Part shown: positions 25,866-36,253 of the stretch, one piece after another | How positions within the stretch are numbered: position 1 is the stretch's first letter | How the letters are laid out: each line of letters starts with the position of its first letter | Assembly (NCBI GenBank): GCA_951812955.1 | Contig: OX638340.1 | Span: forward strand, 2,432,001 to 2,496,000 | DNA: 64,000 nt | Direction: 5' to 3' | DNA from: an uncultured Gemmatimonadota bacterium | GTDB lineage: Bacteria; JAAXHH01 | The notes under the pieces: model-generated | Database searches by the model: none | Told to the model about the DNA's origin: nothing | Seen by the model: only the letters and a program-made list of their open reading frames with translations | Position numbers and translations under genes: made by a program

Positions 25866-28637
25866 CTATGCTCCGGACTTCAGCAGGCCGCGCAGCACGT
25901 ACTGCAAAATGCCTCCGTGGCGGTAGTATTCCACCTCGACCGGCGTGTCGATGCGCGTGATGGTGTCGAAATTCTTTACCTTACCGTCGTCTGACGTCAC
26001 GCGGACACGGACGCGCTGTCGGGGCGCGATGCCGCCCTCGATCCCCTCGATGTCGTAGGTCTCAAAGCCGGTCAGGCCGAGTGAATCGGCGCTCTCCCCT
26101 TCCTCGAACTGGAGGGGCAGGATGCCCATGCCGATGAGATTGCTGCGGTGGATGCGCTCGTAGCTCTCCACGATGACGGCCCGGACGCCGAGGAGGTTGG
26201 GTCCCTTGGCGGCCCAGTCCCGGGACGAACCGGATCCGTACTCCTTGCCGGCGATGACGACCAGGGGCGTGCCGGACGCGCGGTATCCCATGGCGGCGTC
26301 GTAGATGGCGACCGGCTCGGTGTCGGGCGAAGTTTTTGTCCAGCCGCCCTCAGTTCCCGGCGCCAGGCGGTTACGCAACCGGATGTTGGCGAAGGTGCCC
26401 CGCATCATGACTTCGTGATTGCCCCGCCGCGCGCCGTACGAATTGAAGTCCTTCGGCGCGACGCCGCGCTCGACCAGGTATCGGCCCGAGGGACTGTCGG
26501 CCTGGATCGAACCGGCCGGCGAGATGTGGTCCGTCGTGACGGAATCGCCGAGCACCGCCAGTACGCGGGCGCCCCGTATATCCGAGATATCGCCTGGTTC
26601 CATCTGCATGCCGTCGAAGTAGGGCGGAAGCTTCACGTAGGTGGAAGCGTCGTCCCAGGCATAGGACTCGTCCCGGGTCGCGGCCAGTTCCGCCCAGCGG
26701 TCGTCCCCCGTGAAGACGTCGGCGTAGATGGACTGGAACATCTCCCGGCGCACCGAGACGCGCACGGCCTCACGGACTTCATCCGGCGTCGGCCAGATGT
26801 CGCGCAGATATACATCGTCACCCTTCGGGTCGGTACCAATAGGCTCGGTGTACAGGTCCACGTCCATGCGCCCGGCGATCGCGTAGGCGACCACCAGCGG
26901 CGGCGAGGCCAGGTAATTGGCCTTGACGATGGGATTCACGCGGCCTTCGAAATTGCGGTTTCCACTCAGCACGGCGGCCGCGACGAGCTTCGACTCCCGC
27001 ACCGCGTCTCCGATGGGGGCGGGTACGGGCCCGCTGTTACCGATGCACGTCGTGCAGCCGTAGCCCACGACGTGGAACCGGAGCTGCTCCAGGTAGGAGA
27101 GGAGGCCCATGTCTTCCAGGTACCGGGTCACGACCTGCGATCCCGGCGCGAGGCTGGTCTTCACCCAGGGCCGGGTGGACAGGCCCCGTTCGACGGCTTT
27201 CCTCGCCAGTACCCCGGCGGCCGCGAGGACGGCCGGATTGGACGTATTCGTGCAGCTGGTAATCGCGGCGATCACGACCGATCCGTGTCCCACTTCGAAG
27301 GACGATCCGTCCATATCGACGGCCGCTTTCTTCGTCAGCGTGCCCAGATCGCCAGGTGTGTGCCCGTTGCCGTCCACCCACTGGTCGACGGTATCATCGG
27401 ACAGGCCCGGGTTCTCGTCGGACAGCATAGAGGCCAGTTCCCTCCGGAAGGAAGGTTTCATACTGGACAGCGACACGCGGTCCTGGGGCCTGCGCGGCCC
27501 AGCCATGCTCGGTTCCACGGAGCCCAGGTCGAGATCCAATGCGTCAGCGAAATGGGGATCGGGTGAATCGGAAGTGCGGAACAGGCCCTGCGCTTTCGTG
27601 TATGCCTCCACCAGGGCGATCTCCTCACGTCCGCGACCGGTCAGTTCCATGTAGGTCAGCGTCTCGCCGTCGATGGGGAAGAACCCTACAGTGGCCCCGT
27701 ATTCGGGCGCCATGTTGGCGATCGTGGCCCGGTCGGGCAGAGAGAGGCTGTCCAGGCCCGGACCGTAGAATTCGACGAACTTGCCGACGACGCCGTGAGC
27801 CCGGAGCATCTGAGTTACCGTAAGGACCAGGTCCGTGGCCGTGGCCCCGGCCGGCAGCGCTCCCGTCATCTTGAACCCCACCACGGACGGGATGAGCATG
27901 GATACCGGCTGTCCCAGCATCGCCGCTTCCGCCTCGATGCCGCCGACGCCCCAGCCGACGACGCCGAGTCCGTTGATCATGGTCGTATGGGAGTCAGTGC
28001 CCACCAGCGTGTCGGGATAGGCGATCGTTCCACCGTCGCGCTCCCGGACGAAGACAACCTTGGCCAGGTACTCGAGGTTGACCTGGTGCACGATGCCCGT
28101 GCCGGGCGGGACGACGCGGAAGTTGTCGAAGGCCCGCTGTCCCCACTTCAGGAAGAGATACCGCTCCTGGTTGCGGTCGAATTCGCGGTCCACGTTGGCC
28201 GCGAAGGCCCGGCGGGTTCCGAACTCGTCCACCTGGACGGAGTGGTCGATGACCAGGTCCACATCCTGCAGGGGATTGATGCGGTCGGCCGCGCCGCCCA
28301 GTTTTCCTATGGCGTCCCGCATGGCCGCCAGGTCGACGACGGCCGGCACGCCCGTGAAGTCCTGCATCAGGACCCGCGCGGGCCGGAAGGCGATCTCCCG
28401 TTCAGATGTTCCGGCTCCCACGCTCTCCACGACGGCGGCCACATCTTCGGCGGAGACCACCACGCCGTCTTCGTGTCGCAGCAGGTTTTCCACCATGACT
28501 TTGAGGGAAAAGGGCAGGCGGGAAATGTCACCGACGCCGCCCTCCATGGCCCGCGTAAGCGAATAGTAGGTGCTGGTGCTTCCGCCCGTGCTCAATTCGG
28601 CGCGGGCACCGAAGCTGTCCTGGTGTCTCGTGGTCAT
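25866..28637 (-). CDS. acnA: Aconitate hydratase A
   Basis: …[35 protein letters not shown]…[30 protein letters not shown]… is AcnA/IRP-family. The start is placed at MTTRHQ (ATG 28637..28635). Confidence 0.9.
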   Translation of the reverse strand: MTTRHQDSFGARAELSTGGSTSTYYSLTRAMEGGVGDISRLPFSLKVMVENLLRHEDGVVVSAEDVAAVVESVGAGTSEREIAFRPARVLMQDFTGVPAVVDLAAMRDAIGKLGGAADRINPLQDVDLVIDHSVQVDEFGTRRAFAANVDREFDRNQERYLFLKWGQRAFDNFRVVPPGTGIVHQVNLEYLAKVVFVRERDGGTIAYPDTLVGTDSHTTMINGLGVVGWGVGGIEAEAAMLGQPVSMLIPSVVGFKMTGALPAGATATDLVLTVTQMLRAHGVVGKFVEFYGPGLDSLSLPDRATIANMAPEYGATVGFFPIDGETLTYMELTGRGREEIALVEAYTKAQGLFRTSDSPDPHFADALDLDLGSVEPSMAGPRRPQDRVSLSSMKPSFRRELASMLSDENPGLSDDTVDQWVDGNGHTPGDLGTLTKKAAVDMDGSSFEVGHGSVVIAAITSCTNTSNPAVLAAAGVLARKAVERGLSTRPWVKTSLAPGSQVVTRYLEDMGLLSYLEQLRFHVVGYGCTTCIGNSGPVPAPIGDAVRESKLVAAAVLSGNRNFEGRVNPIVKANYLASPPLVVAYAIAGRMDVDLYTEPIGTDPKGDDVYLRDIWPTPDEVREAVRVSVRREMFQSIYADVFTGDDRWAELAATRDESYAWDDASTYVKLPPYFDGMQMEPGDISDIRGARVLAVLGDSVTTDHISPAGSIQADSPSGRYLVERGVAPKDFNSYGARRGNHEVMMRGTFANIRLRNRLAPGTEGGWTKTSPDTEPVAIYDAAMGYRASGTPLVVIAGKEYGSGSSRDWAAKGPNLLGVRAVIVESYERIHRSNLIGMGILPLQFEEGESADSLGLTGFETYDIEGIEGGIAPRQRVRVRVTSDDGKVKNFDTITRIDTPVEVEYYRHGGILQYVLRGLLKSGA

Positions 28638-28908
28638 GCGCAACTCCGTCTTGCCCGTTCGCACTGGACGGTCGTGAAAGTGATTCTGTGGCTGGACCGA
28701 CCGGTTGCGCCTGTGGGGCGTAGATCCCTGCGGGACGGGCGAAATGGTCGTTTTCTCAAGAAAAAGCAACGTAAGAGCAAATCAGAAGGATGTCAAGCAC
28801 AAACCATCAGCGTAATAGGTACGGATACCTTGACAAACGGGGGTTCCCGGCCTACCATCATAGCGCTTCGAATCGTCGAATAACCCCGATTCCCGGAAGG
28901 GAGAAACA

Positions 28909-29787
28909 ATGCCGGCTACAGGCACGACGCTCCGCGTTCTCGCCCGTGTGGCAGGCCGGCTGTACCGCGACCTTCCCCGGGTCGGCGTGTTATGCCTGGC
29001 GCTCGCCCTGACATTGGACGCCGCAGCAGGGTCCTGGCGTTTCGCCGCGCCGCAACAGCGGCTGTTCCGTCCGCTCCTGGCCGACCCGACCGAGGCGCGG
29101 TTAGCCGTCACAACGAATCTCAACAACCGGCTGAACGGCAATATCGGAGCTTCCTGGGAGGCAGCGGACTATACATGGGACGCAGCGGGCCTGCTGCGAT
29201 TCCGGACAGGGATCCACGCCGGCGTCTTCTCGAAACTTCGCTGGTCCGGTACGACCTTCCCTCTCGAAACCGCGGACTACCTGGTCGGATTTCACGCTGA
29301 CCTGGGCAACGACGGGATGACGGGCCGATTCGAGTACGCCCACGTAAGCGCCCACCTGGCCGACGGGTACGACGGACCGGAACGCGCCTTCACCTACAGC
29401 CGGGAGTACTTCACGCTGTATGGATCCTACGCGCGGGAAGCGCGCCGGGGAACCATGATCGGAAGCGTACGGGTCTATGGAAGCTTTCGGTGGTCGAACC
29501 ACGCCATCCCGGACGTGCGCCGATGGCGGGTCCAGGGCGGTGCGGAACTGGTCTCCGGTCCACTCGCGGGCGGGGCAACCCGCGCCTATCTCGCCGGCGA
29601 CCTGCGAGTTTTCCGGGACGGGGACGTAGCAATAAACCCCACAGTACAGGCAGGATTACTATTTCACAATGAGGCGAACAGGGGCCTACGCATCGCCCTG
29701 GTCTACCACGGGGGACGCAGCGAACACGGACAGTTTCACCACCTGGAAGACAACTACGGCGGCGTCGGACTGTTCTTCGACCTGTAA
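28909..29787 (+). CDS. Putative outer-membrane beta-barrel protein (DUF1207-like), hypothetical
   Basis: Signal-like N-terminus, alternating aromatic/hydrophobic beta-strand pattern, and a C-terminal …GGVGLFFDL aromatic terminus. Confidence 0.4.
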   Translation: MPATGTTLRVLARVAGRLYRDLPRVGVLCLALALTLDAAAGSWRFAAPQQRLFRPLLADPTEARLAVTTNLNNRLNGNIGASWEAADYTWDAAGLLRFRTGIHAGVFSKLRWSGTTFPLETADYLVGFHADLGNDGMTGRFEYAHVSAHLADGYDGPERAFTYSREYFTLYGSYAREARRGTMIGSVRVYGSFRWSNHAIPDVRRWRVQGGAELVSGPLAGGATRAYLAGDLRVFRDGDVAINPTVQAGLLFHNEANRGLRIALVYHGGRSEHGQFHHLEDNYGGVGLFFDL

Positions 29788-29790
29788 AAG

Positions 29791-29900
29791 CTGCACGGGA
29801 GTGGATTCGCACGGCGGAAGCCGCGTGCTGCACGGGAGTGGATTCGCACGGCAGAGACCGCGTGCTGTGCGGGAGAAGAAGCCGCGTGCTGCGCGGGAAA
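29791..29900. repeat. Tandem ~37-bp direct repeats (2 near-identical copies plus degenerate copies), each with a small palindrome CGTGC-T-GCACG
   Basis: ctgcacgggagtggattcgcacggcggaagccgcgtg / ctgcacgggagtggattcgcacggcagagaccgcgtg / ctgtgcgggagaagaagccgcgtg / ctgcgcggg… read directly from the intergenic region before thrC. Confidence 0.6.
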
Positions 29901-29949
29901 CCTGCACGGGAGAGCGGAACGTCCCGCCGCGTCGGAAACCCAAGCGAAA

Positions 29950-31143
29950 GTGACGATCATGAGCTTTCTCATCGACCTGGAATGCAGCGACTGCGGTAAA
30001 CGGCTGACGTCGGACGAGTTGCAGAACCTGTGTCCGGACTGCGCCAGGCCGCTTCTGGCAAGGTACGACACGGACGGTGCGGCCGAAGCGCTGACCCTGG
30101 AAACTCTGGCGGTACGAGAACCCAATATGTGGCGCTATCGCGAGATGCTTCCGGTACGCGACGAATCGGCCATCGTCACCCTGAGCGAGGGCGGCACGCC
30201 GCTGATCCACGCCCGGCGCCTGGGTGATCGCCTGGGCATGGACGGGCTATACATCAAGGATGAGTCCGTCAATCCTACCGGTTCATTCAAGGCGCGGGGC
30301 CTGTCCATGGCCGTGTCCCGCGCCCTTGAACTGGGGGCCGAGTCCCTGGCCATCCCGTCCGCCGGCAACGCGGCGGGGGCCCTCTCGGCCTACGGCGCCA
30401 AAGCCGGCATCCCCGTGTACGTGTTCATGCCCCGGGACACGCCCCGTCCCTTCATAGTCGAGTGCCGGGCCCACGGCGCGGCGGTGGAACTCGTCGATGG
30501 ACTGATTACGGACTGCGGCAAACTGGTGGCCGCCCGGAAGGACGCGGAAGGGTGGTTCGACGTGTCCACCCTGAAGGAACCTTACCGGGTGGAAGGCAAG
30601 AAGACCATGGGATACGAACTTGCGGAACAGTGCGGATGGGTGCTACCGGACGCGATCCTCTACCCCGCGGGGGGCGGGACTGGACTCATCGGCATGTGGA
30701 AGGCCTTCTCAGAGATGGAGGCCCTCGGATGGATCGGACCGGAGCGGCCCCGCATGATCGCGGTGCAGGCCGCCGGGTGCCAGCCCATCGTCCGCGCCTG
30801 GGAACAGCAATGGCCCGACGCCCCGGAATGGGAGAATGCCCGCACACTCGCCAGCGGACTGCGCGTGCCCGCCGCGGTGGGCGACAAGCTGATGCTGGCC
30901 GCGATCCGTGAGAGCGGCGGCGACGCAGTGGCCGTACCCGACGGCGACATGGTGAAAGGCGTGCGGGAGATCGGGACCTGCGAGGGCATCTTCGCGGCGC
31001 CCGAAGGCGGCGCCGTGCTGGCCGGACTGCGGAAAATGATCGCGCTGGGACGCATCGACCGGGCCGACCGGGTCGTGCTCTTCAACACGGGGAGCGGGCA
31101 CAAGTACGTGGACAACCTGGCGGAGTTGCATGAAGGAGCTTAG
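29950..31143 (+). CDS. thrC: Threonine synthase (PLP-dependent, N-terminal zinc-ribbon type)
   Basis: N-terminal CSDCG…CPDCA zinc ribbon. PLP-lysine motif NPTGSFKARG. Glycine-rich PLP loop AGGGTG. Confidence 0.8.
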   Translation: MTIMSFLIDLECSDCGKRLTSDELQNLCPDCARPLLARYDTDGAAEALTLETLAVREPNMWRYREMLPVRDESAIVTLSEGGTPLIHARRLGDRLGMDGLYIKDESVNPTGSFKARGLSMAVSRALELGAESLAIPSAGNAAGALSAYGAKAGIPVYVFMPRDTPRPFIVECRAHGAAVELVDGLITDCGKLVAARKDAEGWFDVSTLKEPYRVEGKKTMGYELAEQCGWVLPDAILYPAGGGTGLIGMWKAFSEMEALGWIGPERPRMIAVQAAGCQPIVRAWEQQWPDAPEWENARTLASGLRVPAAVGDKLMLAAIRESGGDAVAVPDGDMVKGVREIGTCEGIFAAPEGGAVLAGLRKMIALGRIDRADRVVLFNTGSGHKYVDNLAELHEGA

Positions 31144-31373
31144 CTATACGTAACGGATGTATGAGACCTTGTTTCATTGTCGGATTCGAGATTATGAGTT
31201 GCGCTCCGACTGTTATTTAAGACTTGCCAAATTGTGTCTGGAAGCATGAGGCGCAACCTTGAATCATGACCTGTTTCCGTTGACCATGAGGACGAACGGC
31301 GTCATATTCTTCGATAGAGGACGGAGCAGAATGGCCGGATTTACCGATCCACTCTTTCGAAGGGAAGATTGCC

Positions 31374-31667
31374 ATGAAAGTCAGGGTTACTGTTGTAATA
31401 GAACCTGATGGCGAGCAGTTTCATGCATACTGTCCTGCTTTGCCCGGTATCCATATCAATGGTTCTACGGTCGAGGAAGCCTGTGAACGGACCATACCTG
31501 CGATAGAATGGTATCTGGACTCTTTGGATGAGCAAGGCGACCCTATTCCCGTGGGGCCGGATCTGGATATCGAAGTGAATAAAGAAATCGTCGACCTCCT
31601 TTCAAAACCTTCCGATTCAACGGTCCAGAGCGTTGAGGTCCCATGGCCGTCAGCCGTTCCTCGTTAG
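31374..31667 (+). CDS. hicB: HicB-family antitoxin (UPF0150)
   Basis: MKVRVTVVIEPDGEQFHAYCPALPGIHINGSTVEEACERTIPAIEWYL is the HicB N-terminal RNase H-like fold signature. Lower-GC locus. Confidence 0.7.
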   Translation: MKVRVTVVIEPDGEQFHAYCPALPGIHINGSTVEEACERTIPAIEWYLDSLDEQGDPIPVGPDLDIEVNKEIVDLLSKPSDSTVQSVEVPWPSAVPR

Positions 31668-31909
31668 AGCAACTCAAATCCAGAACCTCCGCCGATTTTA
31701 TACGCGCTCTTAAACGGGACGATTGGGAAGAATTGACGAACAGAGGTGCAACACGGCCATTCACCAAAACCAACGCTTCAGGTAAACGGCTTCGAGTAGT
31801 AATACATTATCACCCCAAAAACACCTATGGGCCCAAACTCCTGAAGTCACTGATGGAAGATACAGGTTGGACGGACGGTGATCTGAGACGACTTAAACTG
31901 ATCAGATAG
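31643..31909 (+). CDS. hicA: HicA-family mRNA interferase toxin
   Basis: 88-aa basic protein (…RGATRPFTKTNASGKRLRVVIHYHP…) in the HicA/YcfA dsRBD-like family. It overlaps hicB by 25 nt, in reversed order relative to canonical hicA-hicB. Confidence 0.65.
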   Translation: MAVSRSSLEQLKSRTSADFIRALKRDDWEELTNRGATRPFTKTNASGKRLRVVIHYHPKNTYGPKLLKSLMEDTGWTDGDLRRLKLIR

Positions 31910-31946
31910 TCATTCGGGCCAATTCCAACACATCCTTAAATAACCA

Positions 31947-33200
31947 ATGCGAAGATACGTCCTTTCCGTCACCGCACTGCTCCTCCTTTCCGCGCCTTCG
32001 GCCAGCGCCCAGAAGATGCTGATCTTCATGGACCTGGAACAGCAGGACCATCTCAAGGCCTACGGCATAGCCTTTCAGGCGCTGGAGCAGGGCTATACCG
32101 TTGAATGGCTGCTGAACTACCGCGGCGGATCCTTTATCATGGACCCCACGGCGGACCGGGTGCGGGCCTGTTACCTGCGCGGCGTGAGCTTCAAGGTGAT
32201 CGACGGCGCGGAACTGTTCCGGATCTACGCCCACATCGACGAGAATAATATGGACCGGGTCCTGCTCGAAAAAGCGCCCGGTATCGCCGTGTACACCCGG
32301 CCGGACCAACGGCCGTGGGACGACGCCGTGACCATGGCGCTCGAGTACGCGGAGGTGCCCTACGAGACGATCTTCGACGAGGAGGTCCTGACCGGCGCCT
32401 TGAAGGAATACGACTGGCTGCACCTGCACCACGAGGATTTCACCGGGCAGTACAGCAAGTTCTACAGCTATCACCGCATGCCCTGGTACCAGCAACAGCA
32501 GGCGACCGACGAAACACTGGCAAGGATCCTGGGGTATCCGACGGTAGCGGAGGCCAAGAAGGCCGTGGCGCAGGGCATCAGGTCCTACGTGGGAAACGGC
32601 GGGTTTATCTTCGCCATGTGCGCGGCGACGGAAACCCTGGAGATCGCGCTGGCGTCGGCACACACCGACATCGTGGCGCAGGAGTACGACCATACGCCTG
32701 TCGATCCCGATGCCCAGTCCAAGCTGGACTTCGGCCAGACGTTCGCCTTCGAGAACTTCACGCTGCAACTGAACCCGCTCGTCGGTTCCTTCTCCAACAT
32801 CGACGTGAACCAGGTCAACGCCGGCAAGGTGCCGACCGGCCCCTTCACCCTCTTCGATTTCTCCGCCAAGTACGACCCGGTTCCCACCATGCTTACCCAG
32901 AACCACGTGAATTACATCGCCGGGTTCTACGGCCTGTCCACGTCCTTTCACCGCGACGTGCTCAAGCGTACCGTGGTCGTCCTCGCCGAGGAAGCCGGAA
33001 CCGATCACGTCAAGTATCTCCACGGCAACTACGGACAGGGGACTTTCACCTTCTACGGAGGACACGATCCGGAGGACGAAGAGCACCTGGTGGGCGATCC
33101 GCCGACCGATCTCTCCCTCCACAAGAACTCCCCGGGCTACCGGCTCATCCTGAACAACGTCCTATTCCCCGCGGCTAAGAAGAAAAAGCGTAAAACCTGA
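31947..33200 (+). CDS. Secreted protein of unknown function with polybasic C-terminal tail
   Basis: Signal peptide MRRYVLSVTALLLLSAPSASA. 417 aa. Ends …PAAKKKKRKT. Confidence 0.5.
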   Translation: MRRYVLSVTALLLLSAPSASAQKMLIFMDLEQQDHLKAYGIAFQALEQGYTVEWLLNYRGGSFIMDPTADRVRACYLRGVSFKVIDGAELFRIYAHIDENNMDRVLLEKAPGIAVYTRPDQRPWDDAVTMALEYAEVPYETIFDEEVLTGALKEYDWLHLHHEDFTGQYSKFYSYHRMPWYQQQQATDETLARILGYPTVAEAKKAVAQGIRSYVGNGGFIFAMCAATETLEIALASAHTDIVAQEYDHTPVDPDAQSKLDFGQTFAFENFTLQLNPLVGSFSNIDVNQVNAGKVPTGPFTLFDFSAKYDPVPTMLTQNHVNYIAGFYGLSTSFHRDVLKRTVVVLAEEAGTDHVKYLHGNYGQGTFTFYGGHDPEDEEHLVGDPPTDLSLHKNSPGYRLILNNVLFPAAKKKKRKT

Positions 33201-33220
33201 CGGCAGATCCCGTGAAAAAT

Positions 33221-33249
33221 CAAAAACACTTGCCGGTCTGCGCCGTGTC
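33221..33249 (+). promoter_or_regulatory. Near-consensus sigma70 promoter (TTGCCG-N17-TATAAT) driving a ~290-nt leader before ecfT
   Basis: cacTTGCCGgtctgcgccgtgtcgagTATAATgtt read directly. The predicted TSS is ~33256 and the ecfT start codon is at 33538. Confidence 0.5.
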
Positions 33250-33537
33250 GAGTATAATGTTTGTTACCTCACACAGGTTTCCAGCAAAGTCATTTTAAAA
33301 GAACCTTTGCTATAAAATAGGGAATCCTGCTCCGGGTATCGATGGCATGCCTCACCAGATTGGAGGACGTCAGAACTGCCCGGGGGGACAACCACTGTTC
33401 CGAACAGGTTCTCCTAAAAATACTTATGCTCGCCTGTGTGGGGTATTTTATTGCCCGGACGCGAAAGCACGGTGTGACGTTCCAGTCCATGCTCACGCCA
33501 CCTTCCGGTAAGTAAGCTACGATATAAGAATCCCCCC

Positions 33538-34359
33538 ATGCTCCAGAACCTGACGCTGGGACAGTACTATCCCGGCGAGTCTTCCATACACCGCCTGGAC
33601 CCGCGCACCAAGCTTTGCGGCGCCCTGGCGCTGATGGCGGTGCTGATCTGGGTAAAGACCCTGCCGCTGTTCTTTTTCATGCTGGCCGCGATCGCGGTCC
33701 TGGTCCGGATCTCCGGCGTTCCGCTCCGCCTGCCCCTGAACAACCTGAAGGCCTTCCGGCTGATCCTGATCATCACCTTCGCCGCCCACGCCTGCTTCAC
33801 GCCGGGTGAAGCGGTAATTATCGCGGGATACACCGTGCCGGGTCCCAGCTGGGAGGGGATGTTTCAGGGCGTGGTTTTCTCCCTGCGCCTGATGGTCATC
33901 ATGCTGATCGCGGCGCTCCTGATGCTGACCACGGCGCCGCTGGACATATCGGATGGTATAGAGCGGCTGCTCAAACCCCTTGAACGATTCGGGCTGCCGG
34001 CCCATGAACTGGCCATGATGATGGTCATCGCCCTGCGGTTCATCCCCACGCTGGTGGAGGAAGCCGATCGCCTGCAGAAGGCCCAGGCCGCACGGGGCGC
34101 CGACTTCACCGGCAATCCCATCCGGCGCGTAAGGAAAATGACGGCTCTGCTGGTGCCGCTCATGCTTTCGGCCTTCCGTCGGGCCGAAGACCTGGCCGTC
34201 GCCATGGAGTCCCGATGCTACCGGGGCGGTACCGGACGCACCCAGTTCCGCGTCATGGCCCTTGCCCGAAACGATTACGTGGCCATCGCCGCCGTGACGA
34301 CCCTGCTCTTCCTCAGCGCGGCCGCCAACAGTCTCGAGCACATCGGCGGCCTGTTCTGA
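33538..34359 (+). CDS. ecfT: Energy-coupling factor transporter transmembrane component EcfT (CbiQ family)
   Basis: MLQNLTLGQYYPGESSIHRLDPRTKL… and the ARGA coupling-helix motifs (…LQKAQAARGADFTGNP…) are typical EcfT/CbiQ. No ecfA or S-component genes are adjacent. Confidence 0.8.
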   Translation: MLQNLTLGQYYPGESSIHRLDPRTKLCGALALMAVLIWVKTLPLFFFMLAAIAVLVRISGVPLRLPLNNLKAFRLILIITFAAHACFTPGEAVIIAGYTVPGPSWEGMFQGVVFSLRLMVIMLIAALLMLTTAPLDISDGIERLLKPLERFGLPAHELAMMMVIALRFIPTLVEEADRLQKAQAARGADFTGNPIRRVRKMTALLVPLMLSAFRRAEDLAVAMESRCYRGGTGRTQFRVMALARNDYVAIAAVTTLLFLSAAANSLEHIGGLF

Positions 34360-34390
34360 TCCGCTTCCATCCCAAACACGCCTCACCGTC

Positions 34391-35137
34391 ATGCGCACCC
34401 TGGTCCTGAAGATCGAATACGACGGCACCGGCTTCCTCGGCTGGCAGCTCCAGCCCGAAGGCCGCACCGTGCAGGGCGTCCTGGAGGAGGCGATGCGCAC
34501 CATTCTGCAGGCCGACCTCCGCGTGACCGCGGCCGGGCGTACAGACGCCGGCGTGCACGCCACCGGCCAGGTCGTCCACTTCAGGACGGATTCGGTCATG
34601 ATGGTGGATCGGCTGAAGAAAGGGTTGAACGGCGTCCTGCCTCCGGACGTGCGCGTCCTGGAGGCTACGCAGGCGGCCGATGATTTCCACGCCCGGTTCA
34701 GCGCGGTGGGACGCCGGTACGCCTATCGGATCATCCGGCGCCCGAGCGCTTTGCGCCGGCACCATGCCTGGCACGTAGCCTACCCGCTGGACGTCGACAC
34801 CATGCGCCGGGCCTGTGTTCCCCTGGTAGGCCAGCACGACTTCACGTCTTTCTGCCAGGCCACTTCGACGGCCGACGGCACGGAATGCGAGGTGCGGGAA
34901 CTGGACTGGATCGAAGAGAAGGACGAAATCCGCCTGCATATCGAGGCGAACCGTTTCCTCCACCACATGGTGCGGACCATCGTGGGCACGGCCGTGGACA
35001 TCGGCCGGGGCCGCTGGACGGAAAGCGTCATGTGGGATATGCTGAAGGCGAAAGACCGCCGGGTGGCGGGGCCAAATGCACCGGCCCATGGGCTCTGCCT
35101 GGAGGCGGTGCGCTATCCTCGCGAATTCGGGATCTGA
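34391..35137 (+). CDS. truA: tRNA pseudouridine(38-40) synthase
   Basis: MRTLVLKIEYDGTGFLGWQLQP…AAGRTDAGVHATGQVVHF, with the catalytic Asp in the RTDAGVHA motif. Confidence 0.9.
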   Translation: MRTLVLKIEYDGTGFLGWQLQPEGRTVQGVLEEAMRTILQADLRVTAAGRTDAGVHATGQVVHFRTDSVMMVDRLKKGLNGVLPPDVRVLEATQAADDFHARFSAVGRRYAYRIIRRPSALRRHHAWHVAYPLDVDTMRRACVPLVGQHDFTSFCQATSTADGTECEVRELDWIEEKDEIRLHIEANRFLHHMVRTIVGTAVDIGRGRWTESVMWDMLKAKDRRVAGPNAPAHGLCLEAVRYPREFGI

Positions 35138-35156
35138 GGCCGAACAAATCCGGTGA

Positions 35157-35924
35157 TCAAGCCCCGCCGCCGCGACGATCCACGTACGCGTCGATCTCGT
35201 CGCATACCTTGTGCAATACGGCGATGTCTCGCTGTTCCAGCCTCAGGCTCCGTCGGAGGACGCGGCGGATAGACCGCAGGAAGGTCTCCTCACTCGGAAG
35301 GGACGTGAAACCGAGCCGGAGCAGCGTCTCGTGGACGCGGTGGGTAACGCGTTCCACTTCACTGTTTCCGGCAAGGCTTACCTCGGAGACCGGTGGCGCC
35401 TCTCCTCCGGTACGAAAAAGCTCGTACGCGCAGACCATGACCGACTGGGCGAGGTTCAGGGACGGATAGGTCATCGCCGCGGGGATCCGGGCGATGGCGT
35501 TGCAGCGTTGCAGTTCATCGTTCAGCAGGCCGCGGTCTTCCCGCCCGAAGAGGATTCCGGCGGGCTGGTTCCGCGCCACGGCGGTAAGTTCGGCGCAGGC
35601 CTGGTCGATGGGTTGGATGGGATTCATCCAGATGCCGCGCGTGCGGTTGGTCGTGCCGACGACAAGGGCGAGGTCTTTCACCCCATCGTCCAGCGTCGGG
35701 ACTACGCGGGCGTTATCCAGGATCTCCCCGGCGCCGTGGGCCATCCAGCGGGCCTCAGCCTCCTGGCGGAATTCGACCGGGTTGATCAGGACGAGGCGGG
35801 AAAGCCCCATGGTCGTCATGGCCCGGGCGACGGCCCCTATGTTGCCGGGCACCTTCGGTTCTACGAGTACGATGTGAATGCGCGAGAAATAGTCCGGCGC
35901 GATGCTTTCCGTTCGATCAGCCAT
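35157..35924 (-). CDS. trmJ: SpoU/TrmH-family tRNA 2'-O-methyltransferase (TrmJ-like)
   Basis: …IHIVLVEPKVPGNIGAVARAMTTMG…LVVGTTNRTRG…ILFGREDRGL…SLNLAQSVMVCAYEL are SPOUT motifs. The start is placed at MADRTE. Confidence 0.7.
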   Translation of the reverse strand: MADRTESIAPDYFSRIHIVLVEPKVPGNIGAVARAMTTMGLSRLVLINPVEFRQEAEARWMAHGAGEILDNARVVPTLDDGVKDLALVVGTTNRTRGIWMNPIQPIDQACAELTAVARNQPAGILFGREDRGLLNDELQRCNAIARIPAAMTYPSLNLAQSVMVCAYELFRTGGEAPPVSEVSLAGNSEVERVTHRVHETLLRLGFTSLPSEETFLRSIRRVLRRSLRLEQRDIAVLHKVCDEIDAYVDRRGGGA

Positions 35925-36097
35925 TGGTATTTCCAGGTCTGTCGGGCCTTGACTGAACAACGCAGCCGTCCTCATGAGCATGGGACGGCTGGAAAATAAC
36001 GTAAATTGCTAAATGCAGGCTGGAGCGTGGCACGCGATGCAGGCCGAAACAGGGCACGCGGCACGCGATACGGAATGGACGCGGCTCACGCCCGTTC

Positions 36098-36253
36098 CTA
36101 TTCCTTCGCTTCCAGCGCTTCCACGGCGGCCTTGAGTTCAGCGATCTCGGCCTCCAGCTTCTTTTCACGGCCTGCGATTGTGAAGAGGTACACGAACAGC
36201 CCGATCCAAATCAGCGTGTATGCGGAAAACAAGTACCAGAAGTTCTGATCCAC
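36098..36253 (-). CDS. ccmD: Heme exporter protein CcmD (small single-TM protein), GTG start
   Basis: Manual translation gives VDQNFWYLFSAYTLIWIGLFVYLFTIAGREKKLEAEIAELKAAVEALEAKE (51 aa). It lies directly downstream of ccmC and was not in the ORF track (below the size cut-off). Confidence 0.5.
   Translation of the reverse strand: MDQNFWYLFSAYTLIWIGLFVYLFTIAGREKKLEAEIAELKAAVEALEAKE

Noticed and set aside
26148-27566. 472-aa ORF antisense to acnA; also 19422..20405 antisense to the large secreted protein, 8053..9183 antisense to the octaheme cytochrome, 36398..37750 antisense to ccmC/ccmB, 33517..34599 antisense to ecfT, and 22980..23951 antisense to the hybrid kinase
   Set aside because: All are stop-free antisense frames typical of GC-rich coding DNA. 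The sense-strand genes have strong family signatures and the antisense translations are low-complexity.
33290-33496. 68-aa minus-strand ORF in the ecfT leader region
   Set aside because: It lies opposite to the strong + strand promoter and has no RBS or family signal. The region is more likely a non-coding leader.
35211-35999. 262-aa + strand ORF overlapping trmJ
   Set aside because: It is antisense to a SPOUT methyltransferase with clear motifs and gives a low-complexity translation.
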